Of a DNA stretch of 64,000 bases, positions 25,933-40,756 are shown piece after piece; position 1 is the first letter of the stretch, and each line of letters starts with the position of its first letter. The DNA lies in the NCBI GenBank assembly GCA_951406725.2, contig OX597814.1, forward strand, positions 173,104,001 to 173,168,000. Direction: 5' to 3'. The notes below the pieces were generated by a model. That model was not told where the DNA came from. It saw nothing but the letters and a program-made list of their open reading frames with translations, and ran no database searches. Source of the DNA: Octopus vulgaris (Eukaryota). The position numbers and the translations under genes were made by a program.

Positions 25933-25940
<8 letters not shown>
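25344..25940 (+). mobile_element. Inverted ~1.2-unit copy of the same hammerhead repeat, head-to-head with the array
   Basis: Sequence from TGATGTTGAAC (25344) is the reverse complement of the unit and ends in (TA)n at ~25940. Confidence 0.92.
25608..25714 (+). ncRNA. Type I hammerhead ribozyme in the inverted copy (allele B)
   Basis: ATTTCTTA 25608-25615, CTGACGA 25616-25622, ATCTA/TAGAT stem II, GAAA 25691-25694, GTA 25704-25706, TAAGAAAT 25707-25714. Confidence 0.78.
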
Positions 25941-27990
<2,050 letters not shown>

Positions 27991-28472
27991 TATATATTTT
28001 CTTTATCTCAGCAAATATTTCTATAATCGTTTATTTATCTCTCTCTATATCGAACTATATTAAATCAAAGAATGAAATTTATGGTATTATCTCTCATTCT
28101 CTAATTATGGTCGTCTCTGCACAACATAGGAAATAAACTTTATGAATATAATAAATATTAATGTTGATATGAACATAAATGAATTCCTATGATTATAATA
28201 CTGGATGTCCCTAAAGGCTGGACGCATAGTCGAGATGTATATTTTCAAGAAATACATGTAAAATTTTCAACAACATTTTATTCAATTGGGATATTAACAT
28301 ATCTTCAATATGATTTCCACTATTTGTGATGAAAAGGTCGTTGCGCTTTGCAAGATTTACGTGAACCGGACGCAATAACTCCACACTGCCGTCAATTTGA
28401 GCACATTCATCGCTGAACAACGCACAGTCGTCGGTAAAACGCTTGTTTTCATCCAATATGTGTCCACACTTT

Positions 28473-29040
28473 GTGGAGGCGCGTCGCTTAGTGGTTAGGG
28501 TGTCAGTGTCATGACCGTAAGATTGTGGTTTCGATTTCTGGACTCGGGTGACACGTTGTCTTCTTGAGCAAAACAATTCATTTCACGTTGCTCCAGTCCA
28601 CTCAGCTGGCAAAAGTGAGTAACGCTGCGATGGACTGGCGTCACAACCAGCTGGGTAACATATACGCCATTGAAACCGGGAAACCAGGCCCATGAGCCTG
28701 GCTAGGCTTTAAAAGGGCGCATTTATTATTTATGTGGAGGCGCAATTGCCCAGTGGTTAGGGCAGCTGACTCGCAGTCGGAGGATAGTGGTTTCGATTCC
28801 CAGACCGGGCGTTGTGTGTGTTTATTGAACGAAACCACCTAAAGCTCCACGAGGCTCCGACAGGAGGTGGTGGCGACCCCTGTTGTAATCTTTCGCCCCA
28901 ACTTTCTCTCACTCTTTCTTCCTGTTTCTTGGGTAACGCTGCGATGGACTGGCGTCCCGTCCAGCTGGGGCAACACATACGACACAGAAACCGGGAAACC
29001 GGGCCCATGAGCCTGGTTAGGCTTGAAAAGGGCGTAAAAA
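28473..29040 (+). mobile_element. Head-to-tail pair of B-type SINEs inside one 15-bp TSD
   Basis: ATGTGTCCACACTTT at 28458-28472 and 29041-29055; heads at 28473 and ~28733; shared tail ending AAAAGGGCG. Confidence 0.85.
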
Positions 29041-29197
29041 ATGTGTCCACACTTTAGGAACACGCTGTATATTTTTGTGATGTAGACAATGTGCATTTCT
29101 TCAGTCTCAAAAATATAACTAGTCAGTTAGCCATGAACTGTGCTTACATATGCGTATACCCTTGTATATATGTATTCAATTGTATGTGTATAAATTT

Positions 29198-29410
29198 GAG
29201 GGGCTACGGAAAAGTTCCTTGTTTTGGGTAAAATAAAATACAGGAGAATCAGGGATCAGTTAATTAGGATTTTATTCAGCATATTACCCTCTTAGATTCT
29301 CACACTTATTGCAGCAGTCCTTCAGTTTTTTTTCAGCCCTTTAGATGAACTCGAAAGTTTGAGCCTACAGGGAAGTCTTTCGTGACAACCTTAAAGCCAG
29401 GATCTGAGAC
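29198..29410 (-). mobile_element. Second copy of the mariner-derived MITE, followed by or interrupted by a SINE
   Basis: Reverse-complement similarity to 1808-2028. Confidence 0.6.
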
Positions 29411-29742
29411 CCCCTTGGGTCACGACCCAGACCATGGGATTGCGTCTAGAAAGTTACGTTCCCAGGCACAAGTCCGGGCAAGGTTGTTTATGGAAGATCA
29501 GTAGTTGCCCATGCATACCGGCCTCCCCTCTCAACGCCACCAGTGTTATCCAAGGGAAAGGCAAGGCCCGATACAACTTGGCACCTGTGACGTCGCAACT
29601 CATTTCTACAGCTGAGTGAACTGGAGCAACGTGAAATAAAGCGTCTTGCTCAAAAACACAACACGCAGCCCGGTCCGGGATTCGAGCTCACAACCTCACG
29701 ATTGTAAGCTCGATGCTGTAACCACTGAGCCATGCGCCTTCA
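29410..29742 (-). mobile_element. B-related tRNA-headed SINE
   Basis: GAAGGCGCATGGCTCAGTGGTTA head and TTTCACGTTGCTCCAGTTCACTCAGCTG body; relatives at 15440-15640, 41212-41360, 50240-50415 and 62985-63085. Confidence 0.72.
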
Positions 29743-29904
29743 TACCCCGCTCAATATATGCCAGGATACCCCCTCGATATATGCATGCATGTATGTGCCT
29801 GCACGTATGTATATAATTAGATAAGTATTCATTTTATTTTAATTATGAACTTTTATTTTCCTTGCCAAAAATGCCTTCCTTCTATGTTGTTTTCCTTTCT
29901 ATAA

Positions 29905-30050
29905 TACGTTTTGAGTTCAAATTCCGCCGAGGTCGACTTCGCCTTTCATCCTTTCGGGGTCTATAAATTAAGTACCAGTTACGTACTGGGGTCGATCTAA
30001 TCGACTTGCCCGTCCCCAAAAATTTCGGGCCTTGTGCCTAGAGTATAAAA
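29905..30050 (+). mobile_element. SINE family A (5'-truncated)
   Basis: GAGTTCAAATTCCGCCGAGGTCGAC...CCTTGTGCCTAGAGTA. Confidence 0.75.
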
Positions 30051-30421
30051 TAATATATACATACACACACATACACATATTATAGAATATGGATAAGGTC
30101 ATATAATGTGGCTTATATGAAAGAAATATAGCAAAAGGTTTCATGTTGGAATATGATATACAAAATACTTTATGCTCACTTCTGAGAAATTAATATAAAG
30201 CCTGTTACCTTTTACATGGCTGTGTCATATTAGTAATACATATGCTTGCATATTCCATGTAAGCAAATATCACTAAATATTTTGGCAGATGTTCTACCGA
30301 TTTTACCATCCAGATCTCTTGGTTATAAATTGTTGCATATGCTTTTGTATAAATGTGTGTAGGTATGCATCTGTTTGTATGGATGTATGTGCAAGAATGT
30401 TTCCATGTGCATTTGTAATGT

Positions 30422-30835
30422 TGGTTTCAAATTTTGACACAAGGCCAGCAATTTCAGGGGTGGTGTGAAGTTGATTGGATCGACCTCAGTGTGCCACTGC
30501 TACTCATTTTATCGATTCCGAAAGGATGAAAGGCAAAGTCAACCGTGGCAGAATTTGAACTCTGAACGAAAAGACGGACGTAATGCTGCTAAGCATTTTG
30601 CCCGGCGTACCAAGGAGTCTGTCAGTTTGCCACTTTACTGTGTACATTTGTAATATGAAATTATGTAATGATTTCAAAGTTTTGCACATGGCCAGTAATT
30701 TTAATATTAAGGCATCAGTCGATTAGAGCAACCTAATGCTCAACTGATATTTATTTCATCGATCCCGAAAGGATGAAAAGCAAAGACAACCTTGGTGAAA
30801 TTTGGGCTCACAATGTAAGTTCCGCTGAACATTTC
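30422..30835 (-). mobile_element. Two degraded SINE family A copies
   Basis: CCGAAAGGATGAAA body occurs twice. Confidence 0.65.
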
Positions 30836-30839
30836 GTTT

Positions 30840-31232
30840 GCCGCGGTGAGAAGTTTGGTTCCGGACCACGTGGTTTCAGGTTCATTCACATTGCGTAATA
30901 CCTTAGGCAAGTGTCCTCTACTGTAACCTCTGGTCGACCTTGTGAATGGATTTGGCTGGCAGAAGCTGAAAGAAGCTCTTCAAATTTGTATGTAAGTATG
31001 TGTCAATGTGTGTGTGTGTCTTTGTGTCTGTGTATGTCCCCTCCACCACCACTTGACAACCGGTGTTAGTGTGTTTATGCCCCTGAAATTTAAGGGTTCA
31101 GAATTAAGTGACCGATATAATAAGTAGTAAACTTACAGTAAAAATAAGTACTGCGGTCGATTCGTCAAACTAAAAGTTCCATAAGGTGGCGCCCCAGCAT
31201 GGCCGCAGTCTAATCACTGAAACAAGTAAAAT
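30840..31232 (+). mobile_element. SINE family C
   Basis: ACCTTAGGCAAGTGTC core and CCCCAGCATGGCCGCAGTC tail. Confidence 0.7.
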
Positions 31233-31983
31233 ATAAATAATCAAATATAGTACATCCATTTATACAATCATATAAAGTTACTGGATATATGAAACAACTA
31301 CAAAAGCGTAATAAATAAATTGAAACATTTAGCGAATTAAGTTATAGTAAAAAACGTCTGAATCTTGAGATTAAGCATTATGGGGTTAACGATAAATTGG
31401 TGACTTAAATCTTCAGGGTTTTGAATTGGTTCGTAAAAGATGAAACTGGAGGCGAAAAACTATCATGCTGGCGGTCGATATCTCAGCAACGAAAGCCCAA
31501 AGATCATGTCAAATTATCTCACTGTAAAATAATTGACATGGTAGAGGGATACGTGTGAAAGGTCACCAGTTGTAGCTACTACTCCTCCATGTCAGTCAAA
31601 GATATCTATCTTGGTTCTCCATTCGTCATAACGAGATTCGGAGTTCACGTGGTGTTTCATGCGATATCACTGCATCCAGTAAGCAGCCAACAGCTCTAGC
31701 ACCAGCAACATGTCGAAGTAATAATCGCTGGCAATTATGTATGCTTGTTTTGGCCAATAACATCGGGGAATTCTGAAGTACAATCACAGAGTGAAATATC
31801 AGCCAATAATGCTATGACTCTTTTTTCCTTGTTCTTAATTCAACTTGTCCTATCCTCTTACTTTTTCCTCAGCTTTTACGTCATCCTTTACACACATAGG
31901 CTTTCAAATCTGTGCGCGCGCGCATGTGTATGTCTGTGTGTGTGTATGCATGCTTGTGTGTTGTATGTATGTATGTATATATA

Positions 31984-32015
<32 letters not shown>

Positions 32016-32029
32016 CATATAATTTTTTT

Positions 32030-32370
32030 TTCAGAATGAGATAAAAAGCCAAAGCTGTGAAGATTTTAGAACATTTATAAATAGAAGGTCTTACAGCTGT
32101 TTCCAGGATATTTATTATATCCCTTCATCGGAGATGGAGTGAGAAAGTGGTTAAGCAATAGTTATTGAGATAATATACGAAATAGAGAGTGAAGTGGAGG
32201 AATAAAAATAGATGTGAGATATGTAAGGATATTGCATTTGTAGATCCATTATTTAGGCAGAATGGTACACATATAAGATTCCAATACCTTGTGAGTAAAA
32301 TCCAACAGTATTTCAAATTGGTCATTCCAAGTATAGAGTTTGTACACAGTGCTATTAAATCAAACCCAGA
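32030..32370 (-). mobile_element. Second copy of the 12.4-kb Penelope-like fragment with hammerhead motif (32088-32135)
   Basis: Alignable to 12425-12830 with an internal deletion; TCT-CCGATGA-AGGGATAT..ATATCCTG-GAAA-CAGCTG-TA-AGA. Confidence 0.6.
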
Positions 32371-32478
32371 AAGATGAATAGATAGAAAGATAGATAGATG
32401 CATACAAAAATACATACATGCATACCTACACACACAAACGTCACACACAGACGTACATACATATATACACGTGAATTA

Positions 32479-32545
<67 letters not shown>

Positions 32546-33084
32546 TTGCGTAATATAAATATGAGTATGTCTTCCTCTGTATAATTATGTGGTCCCGATC
32601 ATATGTACAAGTTCTTATGTGTGTGAGTATAAAGTGGTAGGAGTTGCACTACTACTATCAAAAATCATTCAAATCACGTGATATATTTGTTCCTCTATTC
32701 AATCACCAAACAAATGAGATTACAATCTTTGATTACAACCATCTGACAGAAATTCTATATTTATTCTCCTAATCTATAATTTAAGATATTCTTTCTGCCA
32801 TTGACCTTTTTTTCGTGAGTAAGACACAGTGTCATGACGTTCCCGAAAGCAATTCCTAACTCCGTATCTCGATATACCAGTAGCAATGATCTCTTTTAGC
32901 CTCAAAGGTGATAAGATTGTATCAATTGGAGAATTGGTTAAGTTTACATTCAAAAATATGCACAGTAACTACGCTTTATGTGTGCAGTGTGGCTGTGTTT
33001 TTTTAATCTTTTTAACTATGGAATCTGAAAAAAAACTATCCTTACGTGTTCTATGAAGGCCAATATGCAGTGAGGTGGAAAAAG

Positions 33085-33266
33085 GCTTAGCGGCATTTCG
33101 TCCGCCTTTATCGTTTGAGTTCAACTTCCACCGAGGTTGACTTTGCTTTTCATCCTTTCGGGGTGGATTAAATAAGTACCAGATATGCACCGGGGTCCAT
33201 GTAATCGACTTAATCCTTTCCCCCTAACTTGGGGGCTTGTGCTTCCAGTAGAAAGGATTTTTATTA

Positions 33267-33339
<73 letters not shown>

Positions 33340-33530
33340 TATTATTATGATTATAAAGGAAGCCAACTTGCAGAATCGTTAGCATGCTGGGAAAAATACT
33401 TAGCGGCATTTCGCACGTCTTTGCGCTTTGAGTGCGAACTATTCTGACGTCGGCTTTGCCTTTCACCCTTTTGGGCTCTATTTGCTACCCCTCCCTAAAT
33501 TTTAGCCCTTGTGCTTATAGTAGAGAGGAT
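33085..33530 (+). mobile_element. Two SINE family A copies separated by (ATT)n(ATC)n
   Basis: Family A body and GTAGAAAGGATT tail. Confidence 0.7.
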
Positions 33531-34044
33531 TATTTCGGTGGTGACTGGATAAAACCTTTACCACGCCGGGCAAAATGCTTAGCACTTTACGTCGTTGTCG
33601 TCGTTGGTGGATGTGCTTCATTTCAGCTGGTACAGGGTTAACTGATTTTGTTAGAAATGTGTTGTCTTAGACTTTGTTTGTGTTTCTTTAAATAAGGACG
33701 GCTACTGCATCAAGAGTGTGACAGCAGGCGTGGGCCTTAACGTTCACCTCTCTTACAACAAAAATTTCACCATATTTTAAATTTAAATGTTAAAATCATG
33801 TTACATCAAAACATACATTCATTAAACTTCGTGAAATTGTAGAAGGTAAAACGATTCCTCTGACTAAAGCATAGAATAGCGGCGATTCCTCTAAAATCAA
33901 ACATTACAGCTTGGCTACCATTGGCAGCAGTATAGGGGGGGAAATGGATGACAACGAAAACAACAACAACAGCAGTGATGGCAACAAGAATCTCAAGTGA
34001 CAGCAGCAACGGAAACGACAGCAGCAGTAACAACAACAGCAGTA

Positions 34045-34497
34045 GTGGAGGTGCAATGGCCCAGTGGTTAGGGCAGCGGACTCACGGTCGTAAGAACGCG
34101 GTTTCGATTCCTAGACCGGGCATTGTGAGTGTTTATTGAGCACCGAAGCTCCACGAGACTCCGAAGGGGTGGGGTAAACCCCACTGTACTCTTTCACCAC
34201 AACTTTCTCTCACTCTTTCCTCCTACTTCCGCCTCAATACAAAGGAACCATGGTTTAACCCGCTATGGTATGGTAAACTTTCAGACCCTAGTCTAGATTG
34301 CGAATCCTCTGTATCCCAGGATGGTTCAGCTTTCCACCCGTTAAAAGCCACCGATTACGAAATGAGGATAACAACGTAGCTTTCGCACCCGTGCAACCGC
34401 CAGACTATGGCGGGTGGTGGGTGGATCTTCTTAGTAGCTTAGAGCAGGCTCGAATTAGAGATTATTCTTTGTGGCTAATGACGTGAGTCCTCATTGG
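34045..34497 (+). mobile_element. SINE family B (tail type 3, ends in (GAA)n)
   Basis: Family B head and body; tail shared with 54418-54829. Confidence 0.8.
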
Positions 34498-34920
34498 AAG
34501 AAGAAGGAGGAGGAGGGGGGAGTGGGAGGAGGAGAAGAAGGAGGAGGAGGAGGAGGAGGAGAAGGAGAAGAAGAAGAAGAAGAAGAAGAAGAAGAAGAAG
34601 AAGAAGAAGAAGGAGAAGAAGAAGAAGGAGGAGGAGGAGGAGGAGGAGGAGAAGAAGAAGAAGAAGAAGAAGAAGAAGAAGAAGAAGAAGAAGAAGAAGA
34701 AGAAGAAAAAGAAGAAGAAGAAGAAGAAGAAGGAGGAGGAGGAGGAGGAGGAGAGGAGGAGGAGGAGAAGAAGGAGAAGAAGAAGAAGAAGAAGAAGAAG
34801 AAGAAGAAGAAGAAGAAGAAGAAGAAGAAGAAGAAGAAGAAGAAGAAAGAAGAAGAAGGAGGAGGAGGAGAAGAAGAAGAAGAAGAAGAAGAAGAAGGAG
34901 AAGAAGAAGAAGAAGAAGAA

Positions 34921-34952
<32 letters not shown>

Positions 34953-35097
34953 AGAAGAAGAGAGGAGGAGGAGGAGGAGGAGGAGAAGAAGGAGAAGAAG
35001 AAGAAGAAGAAGAAGAAGAAGAAGAAGAAGAAGAAGAAGAAGAAGAAGAAGAAGAAGAAGAAGAAGAAGAAGAAGAAGAAGAAGAAGAAGAAGAAGA
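34498..35097 (+). repeat. ~600-bp compound (GAA)n/(GGA)n polypurine tract
   Basis: Direct reading; only one pyrimidine near its start. Confidence 0.97.
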
Positions 35098-35346
35098 CAA
35101 CACCAGTACCAACGACAATAATAACAACAAAGTCGTAGAGGCAATACCACGGGCGGGTGATTTTTGGATGGCATTACAGCAATGTAATCTTCTCGCTCTC
35201 CAATAAAATTATATCAAAACATGTCAGGTGTTTTTTATGGATACATGTTATTTTTAACATTTTTGCCACCGATTTTGTGACTTTTGGCTGAAACACATTG
35301 ACGAAAGGTATATACCCACATATGTATGCATACAAGCACACACAAC

Positions 35347-35579
35347 CTATTTCTTTACTACCCACAAGGGACTAAACACAGAGGGGACAAACAAGGACAG
35401 ACAAATGGATTAAGTCGATTGCATCGACCCCAGTGCGTAACTGGTACTTAATTTATCGACCCCGAAAGGATGAAAGGCAAAGTCGACCTCGGCGGAATTT
35501 GAACTCAGAACGTAACGGCAGACGAAATACGGCTACGCATTTCGCCCGGCGTGCTAACGATGCTGCCAGTTCGCCGCCT
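35347..35579 (-). mobile_element. SINE family A, near full length
   Basis: High similarity to 11553-11790. Confidence 0.85.
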
Positions 35580-36239
35580 TTACAAGCACACACAACCGCG
35601 TTTTCACAGATAAGACATTGGCAAACCCGAAACCATGGTAAAAAAAAATAGCGTCTGTCTAACATAGTGAACAGTAGTGGTTACGAAACAAATACTTGAG
35701 GCACACAGCAAAGCTTACCTACACCGCCCGAAATACTTGCATCCAATCCAGAATGTATTAAAGGGACCGAGAACGATAGTGTACTATCATGATAATTTAA
35801 TATGACAAAACTGAACATTAAATGGAGTTACCCACAAGTAACCGAATACTCAATCAGATGATTCTAGTTAATTACACAAGATAAACATTCTGTTGGATCT
35901 AACAATACACCCTCTTAAAGTACAGATAAGTTAATAAGCCTAGCTGAATATGGCTGGAATAAATATTTTGTTTTCCTCTTTCCTCTTACCTTCAGTTTTT
36001 TTTTTTTTTATTTTTACGTTGGAATATCGGACTCGAATACACGAATGTTTTAGGTGGTATTGAAAAGAGGTTTGTTTTCCCAGAATATATGAAAACTAGT
36101 TCTTTATTGACAAAACAACAGTGACAAAATAGTCATGAGAAGCTATGATTTCAGTAACATCTGTAATAATATTTGTTCGACGGAGGATCCGGCGCTTATT
36201 ATACAGGGCTTCGCCAACTTCTTGGGAGCTACGGATCTG

Positions 36240-36543
36240 TTCCTTGTTCCTTGTCGAGGCACGCCTGGCTCACAAGGGCCGGTTTCCCAGTTTCCTTGGC
36301 GTATAGGTTTCCCACCTGGATGGGACGCCGGTCCGTCGCAGGTGAGCTGCAAGATACAAGAGGAAAGAGTGAGAGAAAGTTGTGGCGAAAGAATCAGCAG
36401 AAGTTCGCCACTACCTTCTGCCGGAGCCGCGTGGAGCTTAGGTGTTTCGCTCATAAACACACACATTGCCCGATCTGAGATTCGAACCCGCGATCCCTCG
36501 ACTGCGAGTCCGCTGCTCTAACCACTAGGCCATGTGCCTCCAC
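36240..36543 (-). mobile_element. SINE family B (tail type 2 variant) with near-TSD
   Basis: CTACGGATCTGT / CTACTGATCTGT flanks. Confidence 0.8.
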
Positions 36544-37534
36544 TCTACTGATCTGTACTTGTGCACAACCACTGTTGACATTGAAAACTTCTCCACTTTG
36601 AGCTTGGAAAGTCACATTTGAATAATTGTAGCCATGACAGGAGCCTCTACTTGGTTACTTGATCTGTTAGAGATAGTAACCAAATCTCCCTCAAATTATA
36701 CCCTACCATCTTAAAAAGAAACGACACACAGGGTAAAACTGTCTTAGATATATTGCATGAACTAAAGATGAGATGCCCACGGCATCATATGCTTAACCCC
36801 GAGATTTTGGACCTGGAGATCTCCATTTCCAGCGACTTCGAGGGCCACCTGCCAATGGTGACGGGCGTCAACAAAGAGCTTTCGACTACAACAAGACGAC
36901 CAAGTTTTTTTTTTCCAAGGTCTGGGGTCTCCCGCCCCTAAGCCCTAGACCATCACCTAATCACCCTTACCCGTCTTGTTGCTTAACAACAACAACAACA
37001 AAAACATTTATAACTACAAGAACATCAACATTATTGTCTTCTATTTTCCATTTTTCGTTGAATTTGGGCAAAAATATAAAGATTTGCATAATTTAGGAAC
37101 AGTTATGAACTCTTTCATTCGTGTTCTTCCGCATCACCCACCAGCGAGGTCATCCCCTGATTTCTCATCACTGCTTCTAACAACAATGCCACTGCCATCA
37201 CCTCTTCCAAACTATTGAAACCAACCCTTGCTCATCTTTGCAAGAATCTGTCAACCTCATACAACCTTAATTTCCACCGCCATATTATCACCAAAACAAA
37301 ATTCCACCACCACTATCATCACAACTGATACCGTAATAACCTGCATTCTTATTTGCACCTCTTTAACACCTTCACCGATATACTGGTCATTGTACCGACT
37401 TCTTTTCTGCACCTCCAATAGCCATCCTTATTCAACATGCCTTACCGAACACACTCCCAAATCACCCACAACACCACCAGCAACATACTCTCAACCACAG
37501 CTACCACATTCACCGCTAACATCCTTATTATCCA

Positions 37535-37922
37535 CTTACTCTTTTAATTGTTTCAGTCATTTGACTGCAACCATGCTGGAGCACTGCCTTTAGTCGAGCA
37601 AATTGACCCAAGGACTTATTCTTTGTAAGCCTAGTACTTATTCTATCGGTCTTTTTTGCCGAACCGCTAAGTTACGGGGACGTAAACACACCAGCATCTG
37701 TTGCCAAGCGATTTTGGGGTGGACAAACACAGACACAAACACACACATATACATATATACGACGGGCTTCTTTCAGTTTCCCCCTACCAAATCCACTCAC
37801 AAGGCTTTAGTCGGCCCGAAGCTATAGTACAAGACACTTGCCGAAGGTACCATACAGTGGGACTGAACCCGGAACCATGTGGTTGGTAAGCAAGCTACTT
37901 ACCACACAGCCACTTCTACGCC
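37535..37922 (-). mobile_element. SINE family C, near full length
   Basis: Reverse complement of the family C head, core and tail. Confidence 0.8.
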
Positions 37923-38370
37923 TTCATCTCTAACTCTTCAAGCAGAACTTTCCTGCTACTCTAAGAAAACAAAACCCGACTCCTCTGCAGTCACTCCTAC
38001 TATAACCACAATCAACGTTATCATTTGTATTATGCCACCACCAACAACGACAATAGCAGCGACGACTGCGGAACCTCTACCACCATCATCTCTTACTATT
38101 TGCGTTACAAGTCTTTCGACCGATTCCTTTCCAGCTACCAATATCACAAACAGACATTAAACCACCGTCTTTATCTTCATTCTCGCCACCACCGCCCCAC
38201 CAACAGGAACAATAACATCAACACCACTGCTGGCGCATTCACTACTATCATCCCATCTCCCCACTTTCAAAGTTCTCAAACCGAATCTTTTCTTCCAATA
38301 CACATTTCACACCACCACCACCACCATCATCACCATTGACACCACAACCGACCACTACTACTACTACTAC

Positions 38371-38434
<64 letters not shown>

Positions 38435-38764
38435 CTTTTCTATTCTAGGCAGAAGGCCCGAAATTTTAGGGGATGGGACCTGTCGATTAGTACTTAATTT
38501 ATCAACCCTGAACGGATGAAAGGCATAGTCGACCTCAGCGGAATTTGAACTCAGAACGTAAAAACGAAATACCTATTTCTTTACTACCCACAAGGAGCTA
38601 AGCACAAGGACAGACAAACGGATTAAGTCGATTATATCGATCCCAGTGCGTAACTGGTACTTATTTAATCGACCCCGAAAGGCTGAAAGACAAAGTCGAC
38701 CTTGGCGGAATTTGAACTCAGAACGTAACGGCAGACGAAATACCCCTAAGCATTTTCGCCCGGA
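38435..38764 (-). mobile_element. SINE family A with duplicated body
   Basis: Same composite layout as 11553-11953. Confidence 0.8.
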
Positions 38765-39035
38765 GTGATAACAAAAGGCAAACGATGCTGGATCATAGAT
38801 ATAGCATGCCCAGCTGATAATAAGGTATGCAATAAGGAAGAAAGACATGTCGATAGATATGACAGGGAGGTTAAGCAGTTGTGGACGATGAAAAAGGTGG
38901 TTATAATTGTCGGAAACCTGGGAGCAGTCAGTAAAAATCTTGAGAAGTACATGGAACTAATAGGGGCTGCAATAAGGGTGGAGAACTTGCAGAAAACAGC
39001 ACTGCTTGGAGCCGCTCGAATACTCCGGATGGTGC
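38765..39035 (+). mobile_element. Second, divergent R4/Dong-type RLE fragment, sandwiched between SINE pieces
   Basis: CWIIDIACPADNKVCNKEE...IIVGNLGAVSKNL...LQKTALLGAARILR. Confidence 0.75.
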
Positions 39036-39262
39036 ATCGACCCCAGTGCTCAACTTATTTTATCGACCCCAAAAGGATGAAAGGCAAAATCAACATCTGC
39101 AGAATTTGAACTCAGAACCTAAGAATAGCACTAACCATTCCGTCTGCCATGCTAATAATTCTGCCAGCTCGCAGCCTTAGTAATAATAATAATAATAATA
39201 GCAATAATAATAACAACGAAAACAACAACAACAACAATAATTATAATATTGTCTTGGTATAT

Positions 39263-39520
39263 CACTGATTTAACCTAAATTTGAGACACCAGCAAAAGAA
39301 GAAATAAACATGGAATTTTTCTATTCCAAAGAAAAACGATTTTATTCACTTTATCGATCGCATTCTCACCTGGAATCGATTTCTGTAATTTTTTCAAGAC
39401 TTATATACGCCCTGATACCGTCGGTATCAACAAATCAAATTTGAGCGCAATCGGATGGAGGATGCTCGAGATCCTAGAAGACACTCGCACAGACAGACAG
39501 AACGGATTTTATATAATAGA
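39263..39520 (-). mobile_element. Helitron-like family 2 copy (3'-truncated)
   Basis: Matches the 5' two-thirds of 44020-44410. Confidence 0.68.
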
Positions 39521-40709
39521 TAATAATATAACAACAACCACCGCTATCGCCACTCTCTTCATTCAATACATCTCAGGTTTACAAACTGATGTGGTCAATC
39601 GATCTGCTGATAACTTGCTAGTAATAACAACCAAACCTCTAAGAAATCACACCCTACCGTCGTAAAAAAAGAAAAAGACTAGAATTCCTTTGATCATTAG
39701 ACTTTCCAATCAAAAACTAACCTGCGACTAAACAACAACAGTAACAATTTCTCAAGATTTCCGTTATTTTCAAGAAGGACAGGGGCATTTTAGTAGGGTT
39801 TTGGTGGAGGAGGGCTCTCTAAGATAAACCCCCTTTCGCTGTTGTTTATTCGCTACTTTTCCGAGAGATGTCTTGTCGCCGTTTAGTTTACTCTTTGTAT
39901 ATCTGTCTGTCGTTGTTTATTTAAAATGACGATCATTTTCGTTTACTCTTTACCCAACCTCTGACTTCTTTGCTTTAACAAACGACGTTTCTGCTAGCTT
40001 TAACGTTTGTCTTTCTTAAATATTTTATACTATTCCGCCACACACACGAACACGCACGCATTCACAAACACACACACACACACCACATACACATGCTCCT
40101 GTACATCCTTACATACACCGCATTTTTTCTTATCTTCCGTTGTGGAGGGTTGCGTTTTTTCATTGCAAGTAATTCTTCCTTTCTTGATCCCCCGCTCCCC
40201 ACTAGACACACAGACATACGCACACATACACAAAAACCTACACATTCTTATCGTCCCTTTTGTTTTCGGGGAATTTTTTTCTTCCACTTTCTGCCTTTTT
40301 TTATATATTTTCTTTATGTCTCCTTCTGTTACTTCCAACGTCACCCGCCATCACCAACGCTACTACATCTGTTTATTTTATTCTGCTTATATACGTGTGT
40401 GAGTGCGTGAGTGTGTGTGTGTGTGCGTGTACATATATAGGAGTACGTGTGTGCGTAGGAGTGTGTGTGTCGATATTATTCGTTTCTTTTGGTTTTAATG
40501 TTGACATTTTGCTATTAATCTTGTTCGTTTTTGTTGTTTTAAGAGATTTCGCGAATATCCTTTAGCCAACATGTGCCGCCGTCAATTTGTCATTCTTGCC
40601 AAATATATAATAAATTCGAGACCATATCTCACATCTAACCCAGGTTTTTGTTTGTTTCCTTTATTTATTATTATCATTGTTGTTGTTTTTGTGGTTGCTG
40701 TTATTGTTG

Positions 40710-40756
<47 letters not shown>

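Noticed and set aside
28733-28810. tRNA genes at SINE heads
   Set aside because: A/B boxes are present but continue into SINE bodies and tails in many diverged copies; no clean acceptor stem.
34462-35174. 200+ aa poly-E/K/R/S/F ORFs
   Set aside because: Open in several frames on both strands only because (GAA/GGA)n lacks stops.
39780-40010. Cluster of TGTTTA/GTTTAC forkhead-like motifs
   Set aside because: Short motifs expected by chance in AT-rich DNA; no independent evidence of regulatory function.
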